Assembly: GCF_041956535.1 (NCBI RefSeq) | Contig: NW_027192207.1 | Span: 30,310 to 63,479 of the forward strand | Reading direction: 5' to 3' | DNA: 33,170 nt | Source of the DNA: Calcarisporiella thermophila CBS 279.70 | Lineage: Eukaryota > Fungi > Calcarisporiellomycota | Shown here: positions 31,508-33,170 of the stretch, in pieces | Layout: every line of letters starts with the position of its first letter | Position numbering within the stretch: position 1 is the stretch's first letter | Position numbers and translations under genes: made by a program | The notes under the pieces: generated by a model | The model's database searches: none | Told to the model about the DNA's origin: nothing | The model's input: only the letters and a program-made list of their open reading frames with translations

Positions 31508-33170
31508 TTATTTTTCTTTTTCGGTGATAGCCTGTTCTCCCAGTTCTTTTCCACCCGACAGAGCTGCTTTTATATCCTCGGGCTTCTCGGAGAATCCTTT
31601 CTCGAGATTCACCTCTGGCCCTTCTCCGAGTCTCTCACGTTCCTCAATCTCCTTCCGTATGATTCGCATATTGGTCATCTGGGAGTGAGCCGTCAAGACA
31701 CTGTCATACCGCAACCCTGCCTGAATCTTGCCTGTGTCAAGCGGGGTCAACACCTTCCGCTTTCCGAACTTGTAGAGTTCAGAAAGCACCACGAAGAGAA
31801 TAGAAGTTCCAAGAATGATGCCCCATTCGGGTCCAGTGAGGGCGCTATGACGGAAAACCTCGGTATTGACTCCGGGAATATATACAATGGGGAAAATAAG
31901 CAAGAATCCAATGATAATGCTGTATGTGAGGAATTTGTTGGTGCGATACATGTTCATCAACCGAGCAGGTGTCCACTCGGAATCCCGCAAACTGCGGCAG
32001 GTAACTGCATGCAAAAGGAACATGATGACCGACGTGACGAAACCGGCTCCACGAGCCTGATAGAGATTTTCGCAGCCTTCGTGTAAGTGGTGGTTGCAAT
32101 CGGTACCGCTGACTCCATTTCCGAATCCGTAGAGAACAATCATGAAGTTGCCAAGAGCGAAAATTCCCATCAGAAAACCATACAAGAGGATATCGACAAT
32201 GACCTCCTTGGTGAAGATTCCTTGCTTTCGCGGACGAGGTGGGCGGCGCATATTCCCAGCGCTTGGGGGCTCCACACCAAGTCCCATGGCGCAGGGTGAG
32301 GAGGTCACCATGTTAAGGAAAAGAATCTGAAGCGGGGACATAGGGAAAATAGAGGTGGACGTCGAGTCCTTCACGGCGAGCCCACATACCAGCACCACCA
32401 CTTCGGCCACATTTGCGCACATCAAGTGGCTACAAAATTTCTGAATATTGGCAAAGATGCGGCGCCCTTCAGCGACAGCACGCACAATGGTGGCGAAATT
32501 ATCATCTGTCAACACGATATCCGATGCCTGCTTTGCAACGTCTGATCCGCCCTGGCCCATCGCAATTCCGACATCGGACTTCTTCAGAGAGGGTGAGTCA
32601 TTCACACCATCTCCTGTCATAGCAGCAAATTTCTTTCGGCGATGGAGAGCATCAATCATCCTGACTTTCGTTTCAGGGGAACACCGTGCGATAACACGCG
32701 GCAATTCCTCTAGACCATCGATCTGCTCCTCGGTGAGTGCTTCAAATTCAGATGCAGTCATGACTAGAGGGTTGTTCTGAACCGGAATATCGGCGGGTAA
32801 AATCCCTACTTCGCGAGCAATGGCCGCAGCTGTCGATGGGTGATCCCCGGTCAGCATGTGGACCGTGATGCCCGCCTCATAGCACTCGAGCACAGCTGGA
32901 CGCGATTCGGGGCGTGGGGGGTCATAAATTCCAACCAACCCAAGGAATGAGAGTTGGCTTTCAACCTCATCGCGCGAAAGGTTAGAGAATGTGGCCTCGG
33001 CTTCGTCCTTTGCATCGAATCGGCGATAGGCAAGAGTGAGGACGCGGAGACCCTTCGTGGCTAGGAATTTCACCCGAGGCATCACCATCTCCGTAAGTTC
33101 GTCGCTGTTGCCCTCGCATCGATCCAAGATACGTTCGGTGGCACCCTTGGAGAACACAAAGTACTCGCCG
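31508..33170 (-). CDS. ENA1: ENA-type (P2D) Na+/K+-exporting P-type ATPase, 3' portion; the gene starts beyond the right edge
   Basis: KGATE, GLRVL, DPPR, MLTGDH and TGDGVNDSPSLK (the last two in their ENA-typical form), plus SDIVLTDDNF and M5-M10 helices. Stop at 31508. Confidence 0.95.
   Translation of the reverse strand, partial: GEYFVFSKGATERILDRCEGNSDELTEMVMPRVKFLATKGLRVLTLAYRRFDAKDEAEATFSNLSRDEVESQLSFLGLVGIYDPPRPESRPAVLECYEAGITVHMLTGDHPSTAAAIAREVGILPADIPVQNNPLVMTASEFEALTEEQIDGLEELPRVIARCSPETKVRMIDALHRRKKFAAMTGDGVNDSPSLKKSDVGIAMGQGGSDVAKQASDIVLTDDNFATIVRAVAEGRRIFANIQKFCSHLMCANVAEVVVLVCGLAVKDSTSTSIFPMSPLQILFLNMVTSSPCAMGLGVEPPSAGNMRRPPRPRKQGIFTKEVIVDILLYGFLMGIFALGNFMIVLYGFGNGVSGTDCNHHLHEGCENLYQARGAGFVTSVIMFLLHAVTCRSLRDSEWTPARLMNMYRTNKFLTYSIIIGFLLIFPIVYIPGVNTEVFRHSALTGPEWGIILGTSILFVVLSELYKFGKRKVLTPLDTGKIQAGLRYDSVLTAHSQMTNMRIIRKEIEERERLGEGPEVNLEKGFSEKPEDIKAALSGGKELGEQAITEKEK

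Overview
This is eukaryotic, intron-rich fungal DNA. The gene families and short 55-80 nt introns suggest an early-diverging, Mucoromycota-like fungus (inference). Left to right it contains: the 5' exon of an ENA-type P2D Na+/K+ ATPase; a spliced minus-strand gene joining a 7TM GPCR-like domain in frame to a LaeA-like SAM methyltransferase; a Ser/acidic-rich Net1/Dnt1-like nucleolar protein; a fungal-specific transcription factor; a single-pass membrane protein; an MBOAT_2/wax-synthase acyltransferase; a hypothetical protein; SRP19/SEC65; NBS1 with an internal exon+intron duplication; an intronless CTC1; an AT-rich island with a degenerate tandem repeat, a small secreted Cys-rich protein and a Tc1/mariner relic; and the 3' part of a second ENA ATPase. 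The standout is the predicted 764-aa GPCR-methyltransferase fusion. The ORF track hides it because the junction is a 59-nt intron. All calls come from reading motifs and splice sites by eye; no searches were run.
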